The notes: generated by a model not told the origin, from the letters alone. A DNA stretch of 64,000 nucleotides from Hydrolagus affinis (GCA_012026655.1 JAAILG010000997.1:1-64000); one strand, 5' to 3'; positions 1 to 13,534 are shown, counted from the first letter of the stretch. A program made the numbers and translations.

Positions 1-2089
1 GTGAAACACTTCAAGATGTTTTGACGATGTGATAAGGGATTGTATCAAATGCAAGGATAATTATTGTATGAAGTAAGAAACAACTAAATGAATCTCATAA
101 ACAACAGGGTGGAAGATTGTGTATGGAGGGGGAGGGGGCGAAGGGAGGGAGCAGATTTATTTTAACCCTTTATGCCATAGATGAGTTGCACCTGGTGTCT
201 GGCTCAGCAATCCCTCGGCTAAAATTGTACATTCACATCATGGCTGTTTGCAGGACATTACTGTACATACACTCGTTTGCCAACAAAATACACAGTCACT
301 ACACTTTGCAGTAAAGATCCTGTGGAGGACTTTGAGACTTGCTGATGACCTGATAAGGCACTATATCAAATACAAGGATTATTGCTATGATTACTACATA
401 CAAGTGACTTAACAAGTTTGGGTCCAACATGAAAATGTTACCATTAACAATATCTCTTCAACTACTTTGTGTTGATGAGAGATGTAGCCTTTCGCTCACA
501 AAATATACAGTCAATTCACTTTACAGTATATTCTATGAAGCGCTTTGATGCATCTTGTAGATGTGATAAGGCGTTAAATCAAAGGCAAGGATTATTTTAG
601 ATAGTTTAGTGGAAAAAAATTCAGTTGAAAATGTTTGTATTTTTACACGGTTTAATTGAGTAAATGGAATTGATTGTTTTTATTAAATTGTGCTGACGTA
701 TTAAATGCAAAGCTCAGCTCATTATTATTGATATGAACTTCCTATCAGCAGCTCACTCATCGTTCATTAGCGTCAAGCATCCAGAGGTTGGTCAGTATTT
801 GTGTTGGTGCCAATGAAACTGCACTGACAAGCACTTTAAAGCTGGGGGGTTTTCCACTGAATAAGTCCTTGCCTGGAAGTTAACTCTCTTAGAACGGTAG
901 AAAGTTACAAGCCAGAACGATACCTTTCAGCCCATTGAGTCTACTCCAGCTTTCAGAGCAAGTTGTTCATTCAATTCCTCTATCCTGCCTTAACTGCATA
1001 CCTCTTTGAGCTTTTATCTATCAAACACCCACACAACACCCATTCACCCACAAATCGCACAGACAGTACACTTTAATGTACATCCTTTTGCCCACAAAGT
1101 ACACAGTAAATCCAGTTCCTTGCAGTGCTTTGAGATGTCCAATCAATGTGATAAGGTGCTGTAATTAAATGCAAACGTTATTATTATTATTATATCCTGT
1201 GAAGTGCTTTATTATGTCCTCTCGACATGAAAGATGCCACACCAAATGTAAGGATTACTACTTATTATTATTCTGGCTACTCCCCTCTTGAAATTTACCA
1301 TAGACTCTGTCTTTACCACTATACTTGGCAGGGCATCTCACATCCTAACAACTTTCTGTGTAAAAGAGTTTCTCATAAGCCTTCTGCATTTCCTGCGACT
1401 ATCTTTTAACTACGTCCCCTTGTCACTGACTCTCCTATCAGTGGAAATAGCTTGATGTAAACAGGCGGTTGGTGAGGAGAAGGGAATAGAAGGGTGTAGG
1501 AGAGTAGAGCAGAAGGAGTGGGGCCTTGTATGGATTCTAATTATTGGTCAAAAGGCCTGTTTCTGTTAGACTGTCACTGCAGTGAAGTACAGTAGGGGTA
1601 CACTTACTTGCCGTTTGTCATTGTCATTGTTCATGTGGTCCTTTGGACGAGATGATAAACTGAGATCCTGTCTACTTGTTCTGGAAAACTTGTTCACTCC
1701 AAACAATTAGGCTTGATTTTATGCAGAATAGATTAATTAGGTGATTGACCTGGTTTTCTGTACCGTATCATTCTACACTTGTAATTCCACATTCCTTTGA
1801 AAACAATTTACAGGTTCTGTTTCAATGACACTTGCTGGCAAAGATTTCCAGGTTCCAAAACTATCTTCTGTGTAAAGAATATTTCTCTGAGAATTCCCCT
1901 ATAAATTCTTTGAATCTAATGACTTCCCCGTATTTCATTTGTGTTTGGTTTCAAACCACCTGAGATTTGGACTCCAGAAGCCCAATTACATTAGCCAGTG
2001 AGCCTTACACTGTGTATTCCACCTCATTTCATTGCTGCCACATTTCTCAGCTTCTCTTCTCTTTAGACTTCACAGTGAGACCACAGTTA

Positions 2090-2520
2090 ATAATAATAAT
2101 CCTTGCGATTGATGTAGCATCTTATCATCATTGAAAGATCTCATGGTTTTTACTGTAAACTGGAGTGACTGTGTATTCTTTAGGCGACCACAGCAGTCAA
2201 TTTGTCCACAGTACTGCATTGAAGTTTTAGTCAAACAATTAATCTATGCTGATGTTTATATTCCTTGCAATGCCTCACAGACACATCAGTGCTGTGACTG
2301 ACCAATTTTATCAGGGGGATTGTTGACCAGAACACAGGGAGAAACTCACTTCACATCTCGAGTAGCGCCATTGGATCTTTGATGTCCATCTGAACAGGCA
2401 GACTGGACCATGCTTTAGTGCCTCATCCAAAAGACAGCACCTCTGACAATGCAACAGCCCCCCAGCACTGCATTGGAGCGTCAACCTAGACTATCAAGTG
2501 GGGACCGATGTGGGGACTTT
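2090..2520 (-). mobile_element. Deu-domain SINE (SacSINE1/AmnSINE-like)
   Basis: Reverse complement has GCATTGTCAGAGGTGCTGTCTTTTGGATGAG...CAGATGGACATCAAAGATCCAATGGCGCTACT, recognised from recall as the Deu core. Confidence 0.8.
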
Positions 2521-3714
2521 CTGAGTTAAAGGATAACCAATAAGGAGGGTATAAAAGCGAAAAATACGTGAATTCACATCTCAAAGAGTTCACATTTCTA
2601 ACAACCTCTTATAAGAGTGAGTACAGCATGCGTAAGCCCAGCGCTATTGCACAATGACAATGATTATTTTATACAGTGCCGAAATGCATGGCACTGTGAA
2701 AATGTAAGTATCTGCTCATTGTGATGCTTTTTAAGAACTAATCAAACGTTCACAAAAAAAATACCAAAATAGCTTATTCATTCCACACTTGAATTGCTAT
2801 GATTCGGTTACAGTTGATGTTGAAGCCCATGACAAACACTCAGTGATTAAATAAACCTGGCCAGCGTTGGAGTGAACTTTACATTGACACATTTCATCAT
2901 TCCTAATTTTTAAATATAAGGAGCTGTGGCGTGATTTGTCATTCAGTCAATTTTCTCCAAATTGTGTTTGCTAAGGGGAGAAATATAGAAAGCCGGGTGG
3001 GAGTTAATGTAATTGAGAAGAGGAAACAGATGTTATGCCTGTCAGCTGCTTGTACTGATTCCCGGGAATAATGGCAGAGATAATAAACTCCACAAGATCT
3101 GAAACCACTGTGTTCGGCTCAGTCAGGCAAGTTGCAAAGCTCGCTTTGAACCTCTGCGTTTTGTCCTTTTTGTTTTTTCCTTAACCTTTTCTCATCTCTT
3201 TGTGGCCTTCTCATATCCCACCTGATTTCCTCCCAATTTGGAATCGCAGACAATTACAGCTCACAAGGAGGGTATACTGCCCATCATCCCCGTGCTGGCA
3301 GCTCTCCAAAACAGCTATTCATTTAGTCCCATTCTCCTGCCACTCTCCCAACCCCCCACCCACACACACACCATTTCTCCTGTTGTTCTGGCTAACCAGT
3401 CCCCCAAATAAAATTGATCACTCCATGGCTGTTTGAGGGCCATTGATGTGTGCAAACTGACTGCCGAGTTTCACCCACAACATATAGTCAATCCACTTTA
3501 CAGTATATACCGTGAAGCACTTTGAGGTGGCTCAATGACATGATCAGATGCTATATCAAGTGTAAGGAATTTCTTTTTAATAGTATTATTATTATTATTA
3601 AGACTATGTTTACAAGGCTAATATCATGAGAAATTTCAAGACTCATCTATTTAGTCCCCTCAGATATTATACTGTCATGTGACATATCAAAATAATCTTC
3701 ATATCAATGGGAGA

Positions 3715-5082
3715 AACAGCACCATCAACAAAATTACATTTATAGAGGGCCTTTCACGTCGGAAGAACGTCCCAAGGCGTCCCAAGGTGCTGAACAGTCA
3801 GACTGGGACCAGAGCAAGGGGAAGGGGCAGGGTAGGGCAGACGGGAGAGAAAGTGTTAGGAGGGGGGGAAAGAGTTGGGAGGGCGGCAGAAGGAACAATC
3901 GAAGAGGAGGGTCTTGAGACCGGCCTTGAAGGAGGCAAGGGAGGAAGTGAGGTGAAGGGACTGTGGGATGGAGTCCCAGAGTGTGGGGGCAGAGAAGCTG
4001 AAAATCCATCCTCCGATGGTAGGGCAGGTCGGGTGCAGGACATGTAGCAGGCCGGAGCTCTCTGAACGGAGGTTCATAGGGAGACAATGGGTCAGAGAGA
4101 TAGGAGGGGGCTAGGCCATGAATGGCCTTGAAAGTTAGGATGTGGATCTTGAATTCAATCCTCTGGAGAATGGGGAGCCAATAATGCCGGGCAAGGGTGG
4201 GGATGATATGGTCATGGAGCTTCGTGCGGGAGAGGCCACAAGCTGCAGAGTTCTGGATGATCTGCAGTTTGTGAAGGGAAGAGCCGGGAAGGCCGACGAG
4301 GAGGGAGTTTCCATAGTTGGGCCTTAATGGAGCCTTGAATGCATGGACAAGGGTTTCGGCAGCCTGAAAGGTGAGGCAATGCCGGAGTCTGGCAATGTTG
4401 CGGAGGTGGTGGAAGGCAGAAGTGATCATGGTGTGGGTGTGGATATGCAGCCTTGGATGCTGATGCTGCCAGTGCCTGAGGTGCGGAGGCGATGGTATGA
4501 GCCAATCAGGAAGGTCTCAATCTTGCAGACATTCGACTGGAGAAAGTTGTCCCTCGTCCAGGACTCAATGTCATACAGGCAGACAGTCAGGCCACCTGTA
4601 GTCCTGGAATTGAGGTTGAAAATGGAAAGAAAGAGTTGGGTGTCATCCGCATACATGTGGAAATTTACCCCATGTCTGCGGATGATGTCACCGAGGGGGA
4701 ACATGTAGAGGGTGAAGAGGAGGGGACCAAGGACAGAGCTCTGAGGGAAGAGATGGTACGGGGGCTAGAGGAAAAGCTTTTGGTGGACACAAAATGTGAA
4801 AAGATAGGACCGGAACCAGTCAAGGACAGAACCTTGAAGGTTGAGGTGGGAGGAGAGGCGGTGGAGGAGGATTGAGTGGAGGATCGAAGGCAACAGATAG
4901 GTCGAGGAGGATGAAGAGGCAGAGGGAACCCTGGTCACAATTGGTCAGGATATCATTTGTGACCTCGACCAGAGCAATTCTATGCTGTGGGCAGTATGGA
5001 AGCCCGATTGGAGGGGCTCGTGAAGGGAGTGGGATGAGAGCAAGTTGCGAAGCTGGGAGGCAACGATTCTTTCAAGGACCGT
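3715..5082 (-). mobile_element. L2-clade LINE, 5'-truncated and frameshifted (RT C-terminal part plus 3' end)
   Basis: Minus-strand ORFs 4426..4704 (PLGDIIRRHGVNFHMYADDTQL, the RT YADD motif) and 3740..4429 (FHHLRNIARLR...KLQIIQNSAA...HYWLPILQRIEFKI); 3' end GACGTGAAAGGCCCTCTATAAATGTAATTTTGTTG. Confidence 0.92.
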
Positions 5083-5319
5083 AAGTAAATTACCCAAACC
5101 TAAGACAAGAAACTATGAGAAACATTTAATGATGTGCTGAATTTCATGATGTGCTTCAGTGACGCATCTACTCTGAGACATTGTAAAGCACAGAACCCAG
5201 TCTCCTGAACAATTGAGCAATTCCAGTGACCGCACAGATAATAATTTAAGGAAATCTGATATAATTCAATAGAATATACTTTGCCTTGAAGCTTCATATT
5301 GTATTGATGTTTCACAACA

Positions 5320-5895
5320 TCGCTTCACATTGATCTAATACAATGTTCCTCGCTTCATGGTATCACATTCACCTGTATGTTATATTTTGTAGAACTACAT
5401 TAATCTGAGATAGTGTGTTGTACATTATAATGCTACATTAATCTGAAATAGTATGTTATATTGCAAGGTGCTACTTTAACTATAAGGGTATTTTATGCAG
5501 GATTGTGTAAAATTGATCAGAATGTTACAAATTTCTGATGATAACATGTGCTTAACAGAATGTTATACTTGTTGATGTTTTGTTAATCTATAACAGTATT
5601 CTATGCTTTATTCTATGTATACAATAGAACAGTATACAATACAATGCAAAATTACATTTGTACAATGCCTTCCGCGTCAAGAGAATGTCCTATGGTGCTG
5701 GGTTTCTGTATTTTGTTATACTATCGTGGTCTGGAAGAGGTTTTTGATTCAATGGTACTTTGCTGATCTAGACCAATATGCTATTTAATATAAGTTGACC
5801 TAGAACAACACATTATGAGTATATGACACATTGATCCATAATAAGATGTTATGCTTCATACTGCTTTGATCTAGAAGACAACAGTATGCTTTCTG
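5320..5895. repeat. Degenerate AT-rich minisatellite, ~38-40-nt period
   Basis: Adjacent units CTACATTAATCTGAGATAGTGTGTTG and CTACATTAATCTGAAATAGTATGTTA are 38 nt apart; recurring TTGATCTA/TATGTTAT motifs. Confidence 0.55.
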
Positions 5896-6180
5896 ATTTT
5901 CAATTGCTGTAAATGAGTACATCAGGTTTAATCATGTCACACATGGTTTCGAAGCTTAGGCAAAGATATTAGACAAACGTTAGCAGGCTTTGCGTTATGG
6001 ATATTGCTGGATTTTCACCAAGTAAATGCAGGATCTGGTATCAGGAGTAAATGAAAATCGGGTCCAAGATTTAACGAATCTAAGAATTGAATGAATGATT
6101 GATTGAATGAATGCACAACAGACACTTGATTTTTCCAGTGATGGCATAAAAATTTAGAAACGCTTTTGTTTTCCAAATAG

Positions 6181-6328
6181 CTGATGCAGCAGCAAGCCAC
6201 GATAATGGCCTCAGTGGCCCAGGGAGGCTACCTGAACCCAATGGCAGCGTTTGCGGCAGCACAGATGCAGCAGATGGCAGCCTTAAACATGAACGGATTG
6301 GCAGCTGCCCCAATGACCCCAACATCAG
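6181..6328 (+). CDS. CELF4: CELF4 coding exon (linker, 148 nt, phase 0 to 1)
   Basis: Acceptor ttttgttttccaaatag|CTG; donor TCAG|gtaagt; translates [21 protein letters not shown]...PMTPTS. Confidence 0.96.
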
Positions 6329-7095
6329 GTAAGTGAGGCATCGCAGGAACATAGAAACATCGTAGGGTCAACATGATAGTACCGTTACCACTTGCCATTG
6401 GGATGTAGTGATCTTCCCCAGGCAGAGGTGAAATTTTGCTAGTAGATCAGGCACTGTGATTTACAATACAAATGGAATACTGATACAAGACCAGGATCCT
6501 GATGGAAATGCAAGAGGAATGTAGGAATAGGAGTAGGCCATTCAGCCCCTTGAGCCTATTGCACCATTCTGTTCTGATCTGCGACTCAACTCCCTTTACG
6601 TGCCTTTGCTCCATGTCCCTTGATACCCTAACCAAACAAAATTCTATCCACTTCAATCTTGAAAATGTGAATGGATCCAGCATCCACAGATTTCCACTAC
6701 CCTTTCCATTATCTTCAGTCTTTTGTAAACTGCCTGCTGTTACAAATGCATTAAAAGTAAAATTAAAAATCCATTAAAAGTAAAACAAGCAAAACTTTTA
6801 TTTTGTTGATGAGTCAAGTGACTGACACATGCTTTCCACTCATTGCTTTGCTTAAGGAGCATCCAAGCAAAATAACAGTGGTTTCCATGTAGGCATGGCA
6901 ATTTTCCTGTGTCTGGAATTACCTTTGGCATCCCAGGAATGTACCCAACTCAACTAAATCTAGCAATATTAGGCAAGAGGTAGCAGGAGCTTTGGGACTC
7001 CAGAATCCAGGACTTTGCGTTGCGGATATTGCGGAGTTTCACCATCTAAAACCACACAGCTTCCCATTGTTTCAAACCCCATCAACTCACTGGAA

Positions 7096-7405
7096 AATAA
7101 TAATAATAATCCTTGAATATGACATAGCACTTTTCACATCTTCTAGACGTCTCAAAGAACTTCACAAAATATATTGTGAAGTGAATTGACTGTATGTATG
7201 TGGGTGAAATGTGGCAGCCAATTGCACACAACAGTGTCCCACAAACAGTCATGGATTGAAATGACCATTTTTTAAATTTTGTTTGAGGGATTATTATTAG
7301 GAGTGTAGAGTAAGGAAACGTGCCCAAGGTTTTGCCCTGCCGGGAATTGAACCCAGGTCTCTAGCTTGCAAGGCGAGTGCTATAACCACTGAGCTACAGG
7401 ACTCC
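7096..7405 (-). mobile_element. tRNA-derived SINE, full length
   Basis: Reverse complement begins GGAGTCCTGTAGCTCAGTGGTTA (box A)...GGGTTCAATTCC (box B), then body and (TTA)n tail. Confidence 0.9.
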
Positions 7406-7544
7406 AAATTCCCTCCAGAAGTAGCTCATGTTTGAAGTTGGATGTGGATCCCACCGGTCAACACAATGTATTGGCCCCTGGAAGGAGTCCCCATTTTACT
7501 CTACAAGATAATTTTTAAAGCCCAGCTCAAGGGGCTGAATGGCC

Positions 7545-7945
7545 TCCTAGTCAGAAAGTTGTGGGTTCAAGCCCCATGACAGGACTTCAATCCCTTCATC
7601 TGGATTTGGACTCACATAGAAACTGACATCTGACACTCCGATGCATTTCCAAATATTGGGTGTTGCATCGTCAGTGGTGCCGTTCTTCTAATGTTATGTT
7701 CAACCAAGGTCCCAGCTTCCTGTTCAGTTGGACGTTAAAGAGTCCCAACTAACAAATCTCCAAAATAAAATTGGTCACTCACTCCATGGCTCTTTGTGGG
7801 ACATTGCTGCTCACAAACTGGCTGATGTGTTTTGCCCACAAAATACACAGTCGATCCCCTTCGTAGTATGTTCTGTGAAGCGCTTTGTGAGACGTCTCGA
7901 CGACTCGACAAGGCTCTATTTCAAATGCAAAGATTAGTCTTATTA
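7545..7945 (+). mobile_element. Deu-domain SINE
   Basis: GTTGTGGGTTCAAGCCCC head remnant, Deu core, shared tail. Confidence 0.8.
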
Positions 7946-9625
7946 TTAAAAAAAGAAACAAAAATTTGCTGAGAAATATGTTCACAGTCGGCGCCGTCCA
8001 AAACGTAGTCGTAGTTGGAGATTTTTTTCAATTAAAAAAAGTAAATATTCTTACAAATTTGACCTAAAAAGATAATTACCCTGTATGAAGTGGAGCTGGC
8101 TAATGACTAAGTATGCTTTTAGCTTGTCACTTACATTATTTAAATGCCTCCAAAGTAGTACTTATTTTTTTGCTTCCATGGCGTCCGCACTTTTACAGCA
8201 TGTGTGAGTCTTAATTATCGCAAGATGTGCTCTGTGCTTAACGCAATCATGGCTGATGCCAACTCATCTGTAGTCGAAAGGACTTTAATAACATCCTGCG
8301 TGAAGCCAAGAGTGAATGTGCCGTCGAAATGAGGTGCTTTCCATCTGACTGACAGAGTGCTCAATCAGCAGATGGTTAAAAGAAAAAAAACTGGCAAAAC
8401 TTCAAGCTGCTGTGAACAGCAAAGTAATATCAGAGTTCTTCTTAAATATTCCTCCTCCCACCCCCCTCCCCCCCCCCCCCAATCCCTTCCTGACAGAGGA
8501 GAAACTTCTGATGATATTGTCTGAGGAAATCATTGCGTTGTCTATTTTTTTGTTTTTAATCTTTCTTTCTTTGTTTCTTTCTTCGTTTCTTTTCTTTCTT
8601 TCTCGATACATTATTGTCTGTTTGTGGGACACAGCTGTGCGCAATTGACTGCGGTGTTATGCCTACAAAATATACAAACACTACACTTTACAGTATATTC
8701 TGTGAAGTACTTTGAGAAGTCTCAGGCGCTGCAATATCAGGGTTGAGCAAAGTTTCATCAATGCATTCTTTAATAATAATTCTTGCATTTGACAAATACA
8801 GTGCCCTATTATGTTGCCAAGACATCTCAAAGCACTTTACAGGATTTTTACTGTCCACTTGTGGATGAATGTGGCAGCCAACTTGCCTGCAGCATTGTCC
8901 CACAAAGTGAGTGATGAATTTTATTTTGGGGGTTTATTGGCCAGAATAGCATGAGAAACTCCCTACTCTTTTCCAATTGTGCCATTGGATCATTAACATC
9001 CACCTGCACAGGCAGTTGAGAACTCAGTTTAATGTCTCAACTGGAGGATGGCACCATCAGAGATCACTACATAGAGAGACAGAGAGAGAGAGAGAGAAGG
9101 GGTTGAGTTTCAGAAAGGCTAGAAGGAAGTGGGAGGGTGACACGATAAAATAAGGAAACCATATAAAAAAAGAAAGGTTAAAACAAGTGCATTTGCAGGA
9201 GCTAGTCAATGATATGAGCTTCATACATGTTGTATAAATGAGTTGTTTAACCAACCATTGGAATGGCACTCAGCCTTTGCTGTGGACTAGAACACAGATA
9301 TTTTTGTGGGTCACAGCAAGACCTCATGTGGATTTGATGCTCAAAGCTGCTTGAGGCCTGAAACTCCGGCAAAGAAGAAGGCTTTAGAATTACAGTATAA
9401 TAAACTTTATCTTCGCATCACATACATCGTTTTATCGCAACAGAAGGTCCATTTACCATTTTACGGAATTTAGAAAATTCTTAAGTTTAGACTCCATTTC
9501 AGCCTCAATTCAGTTATTATGCCCTCAACCTCTGAAACTATCTTCCTCTATCCCTCCACCTCACTCCCTCTCTATCTGCCTTCAAATCCCACGTTAAAAA
9601 CTAACTCTTCAACCATCTGAATTGC

Positions 9626-9739
9626 AATGGTGACTGTGCAGTGCCGTGAGATGGTGACTGAGAGTTGGTGACTGGGAGATGGTGACTGAGAAATGGTGTG
9701 AGATGGTGACTGAAAGATGGTGACTAAGAGATGGTGACC
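9626..9739 (+). repeat. Short tandem repeat, ~14-nt unit GAGATGGTGACTGA
   Basis: About eight imperfect (A/T)TGGTG(AC) units directly upstream of the 9759 acceptor. Confidence 0.85.
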
Positions 9740-9758
9740 TGCTGTGTATGTGTTTCAG

Positions 9759-9908
9759 GCGGAAGCACGCCTCCCGGTATTACGGCACCTGCTGTGCCAA
9801 GCATCCCATCTTCGATCGGAGTGAATGGTTTCACCGGACTCCCGCCCCAGGCTAACGGGCAACCTACAGCTGAAGCCGTCTTCGCTAATGGAATCCATCC
9901 ATACCCAG
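9759..9908 (+). CDS. CELF4: CELF4 coding exon (linker, 150 nt)
   Basis: tgtttcag|GC...CCAG|gtacat; translates [17 protein letters not shown]...NGIHPYP; contained in ORF 9731..10078. Confidence 0.96.
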
Positions 9909-12548
9909 GTACATACGGGCCTGGTTCATGTCAACCACAATGGACGGAGGGAAGGAGGGAGGGAGGGTGGGAATGGGGGCATAGGATGGGGGAATGGAAA
10001 GGAAGGGAGGTGAGGTCTTACTGCTCAATCTTAACTAATGCTGAGGTGACCCTGCAAAGCCCTGTATTTTCAACGTAATATAATACAGATTTAGTTTATA
10101 TATAGTGACTTTCATATCGGGAGGATGTCCCAAAGCGCTTTAACAAAAATGGTTTAGCAACCCAGCTGAGGGGAGGGTGGGATCTGAGGGGAGGGGAAAG
10201 GTGACTGAAAGCTCGTGTGACAGGGGTAGATATTGAGAAGGGCCTTGAATGAGGTTACGGATAGAGCGAATCAGACTGACTCCGGGATAGAGTTCCAGAG
10301 ATCGAGGGCAGATAATAATAATAAATATAATCCTTACATTTGATGTAACGGCTTATTACTTCCTTGAGACATCTCAAAGCGCTTCACAGAACATACCGCA
10401 AAGTGAATCGACTGTATTTTGTGGGTGAAAATTGTCTCTCAGATGGGCTGAGAGGTTGGGGCGGGAGGGTGGGGGGCACAAAACAGGCAGGAGAAGGGAG
10501 TGGCCAGGTCGGTAAGGTTTGGGGGGATAGTAGAGGGACAGATGGGGTGGGGGGAAACAACCATAAAGTGATTTAAAATTGAGAGCGAAGTGCGGTAAAG
10601 AGCTGTGGAGACAAACAGAGGAGTGTTCGTGGCATATGATCTTCTCTCTGGCGATAACATAGCAGTTATGCCAGCTGAACACTGCTCGAAACTCATTGGA
10701 AATATTATGTAATGAGACAATAGAGCACATCAGACGTGAGGAAAGCAGGCATGTTAGTATAAACCAACACAGCAGGGGTTGATATTGTGAGATCAAGTAC
10801 TTTTTAGGATGCAGTACAGAGCAGTCTGTATCAACCCATGTAGCAGTCTGTATCAACCTGTCCAGTGAGCGTTTGATGTCCACATGGGTATGTTTTTCAT
10901 TCCCTGGAGGGGACTTGGGGTGGGAGTTTGGGCAGGAGAAACAATATATAATAAATATATTAATAATGCTTGCATTTTGATATAGCGCTTTTCATATCTT
11001 ATCGACATCTCAAAGCGCTTCACAGAATATACTGTAAAGTGAATTGACTATGTATCTGTGGGTATATCTTAGGAATGAATGTGTAAATTTTGACACAGAC
11101 CTTTTTCAAGTAGGTCAGCTCAGTTTATGTGTCAGTGCAGCTTAATGCCCAATGGGTCAGCTGGTCCTCTTCTGGTAGATGTTAAAGATTTCTTGGCGGA
11201 GTTTTCTCCAGTGTGCGGGCCAAAGTTCCTTTCCTCATCTTCCTCGTCCAAGTTCACATGTAAATGTGTACAGTTTGGTCATTCGTCAATGCTGTTTGTG
11301 GGATGCTGCCAGCAGGGATTAGCTCCTGTGGTTTCCGATATAACTTCTTCAGAACAACTTAGAAAGTAACAAATTGTGTGAAGTGCCCCGAGATATTTAA
11401 AAGTTCCCCTGTCATAACGCAGAGCTCAAAGTCGAGGCTGACACTTTCAATGCAACACTTAGAGGAGAGCCTCACTGTCAAAGGTGCCGATTAAGACCTT
11501 CAACCAAGGTCCTATTCGCTTGTTAAGGTGGACATTAAACATCCCATTCATTATGTTCTAAAAGGGATGGTTGTTTCTCCCTGTGCCTTGGCCAACAATC
11601 CTACAAATAAATAGGAATAGGCTCCCTAGGGTTACAGTAGAAGCAAAAAGTGTCAATTCTTTCAAGAATAAATTGGATAGATTTCTGTTAGGATATAATA
11701 TCTCAGGGTACAATATACAGTTTGGGACATGGCAAGTGATCAGCAGGACGCTGGAAGGTGAACTTGATGGCCTTCTTTCGTCTAATCAAATTCTAATAGT
11801 CTTACAGGTCTTTGTCTCAAAGCACATTACAAAGGTGAGCATAGAGACAAGTGATTTTAAAGATATAGTTATTAATACTCCCACTTAGTATAATGTCTCA
11901 TGTTATCAAAATGACTCATAGCATGTTACAGGATTTGTATTATAAATTGTAGTGACTCGATACTGTGTAGGCAAACACGAGACACCAATTTGCACATAGT
12001 AGTGTCCCACAAACAGCCACAAAGTGAATGATTGATTTTATCTGGGGAATTGTTGGCCAGAAAACCAAGGGAAACATCCTTCTCTTTTTCACATAGTGTC
12101 ACAGTAACTTTAACATTCATCTGAGCAGGTTTAACGTCTCACCCAAAAGGCTACAACTCCAACAATGGAGCGCACACCCAGGGTGAGTGTCAGAGGCGAT
12201 TGTGCTACCAATTGAGCCGGCCTGAGACACTAACGATGTCTAACAAAGATACGGTGAAGAAAATTCACCTTTGGCCAGCGAAGCAGAGCGGGAACCAAAC
12301 CAAGGCAGCAGAATAAGCACATTAGTTGGATCAGAAGAAGATTACAAAACTTATTTTTAAAAGTACATAACAAATGGGTGGTTAGATTGCAATGTGCATG
12401 GAGTACCAATAGAGATGGTTTGAACTATTATTTTCATGTGAAACTTTAACTGCAAAATAATGTTCTCCCATTATATACAGTACTAGCATATTGCAAAAAA
12501 TGAAGGATTGGAGCAAAATAGAAAGTCTTGTGGTGTTATGTCTTTGTA

Positions 12549-12740
12549 GAGTCCTGTAGCTCAGTTGTTTGAGCAGTCGTCTTATAAGCGGGAGACCTGG
12601 GTTCAATTCCGAGCAGAGTGAAACCCTAGGCAAGTTTCGTTACTCCACACGTCTGATAATAATCCCTCACAAAAATAATAAATTGATCATTTCAATTCAT
12701 GACGGTTTGTGTGACAATGCTGTGCACAATTGGCTGCAAA
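12549..12740 (+). mobile_element. tRNA-derived SINE, 3'-truncated, abutting an L2 fragment (12740-12915, minus)
   Basis: GAGTCCTGTAGCTCAG...GGGTTCAATTCC head; the following sequence resembles L2 4340-4465. Confidence 0.8.
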
Positions 12741-13534
12741 TGCATGTGTGAGGTTTCGGCAGCCTGAGGATTGAGGCAGTGGCAGAGTTGGGCAATGTTG
12801 AGGAGGTAGTGGAAGGCAGTGCTGGGAGAAAAAGGACAGTAAGGTTTGAACAAGACGCCGAGGTTCCTGCCTGGCTTGGTGAGGTGGAGTGTTCATCTGT
12901 GGATGCTGATGCTATAACAATATAAGCTATATTATACAAGTTTGTCCTCGTATAAAGCAAATGTGCCACACACAGTAATTAAGAAGATCGATAGCATCAA
13001 AAAGTAGAACATTGAAAGAAATTTCCTTTCAACTGAATACAATTTCAAATCCATGATGAAATTGCACTTATTTATAGAGTGTAAAGAACACAAATTAAGA
13101 TTTAGTTGGTGGCATTTTGTTATTTAAAATGATTTGGAGCCATTATACATGGAGCAAGGAATGTCTGGCAGTGAGTAATGGGGATTGAATTAAATTGGGA
13201 GATTCAAGTGGCTTCACAAGGAGGTTGTCATCCAAGATTAAATTATAGCCTTTCACCTCGCTCTTTGCCAACTATAGTTTATAATATATGTTGCGGTTCC
13301 CTATAAAAATGAAAGCATGATAATAGCAGATAAAGTGAAGGTGAACAACATTGAGAGAAACAGAGAGAAAGCCTGGGAGAGGGTGATGTGATCGCATCAT
13401 TGCAGATTACCACAGAGCCTTGATTTCCCAGGAGGTGAAATGAAGAAACATTCTTGCTTAAACAAAGCAAGCAGGATGCTGGGCAAGATTACTGATCATT
13501 TCTGATGAGTTCAGTTCATGAACTCCGTCATCAT

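Noticed and set aside
3774-3794. RE1/NRSE-like site (reverse complement TTCAGCACCTTGGGACGCC)
   Set aside because: Only the left half matches; the GGACAG half is broken and it lies in the L2 3' end
3740-4704. Longest ORFs in the track (229 aa and 92 aa) as a host gene or active RT
   Set aside because: Frameshifted, 5'-truncated L2 ORF2 remnant
9626-9739. CRISPR-like or coding repeat array
   Set aside because: No unique spacers, vertebrate intron, simple tandem repeat
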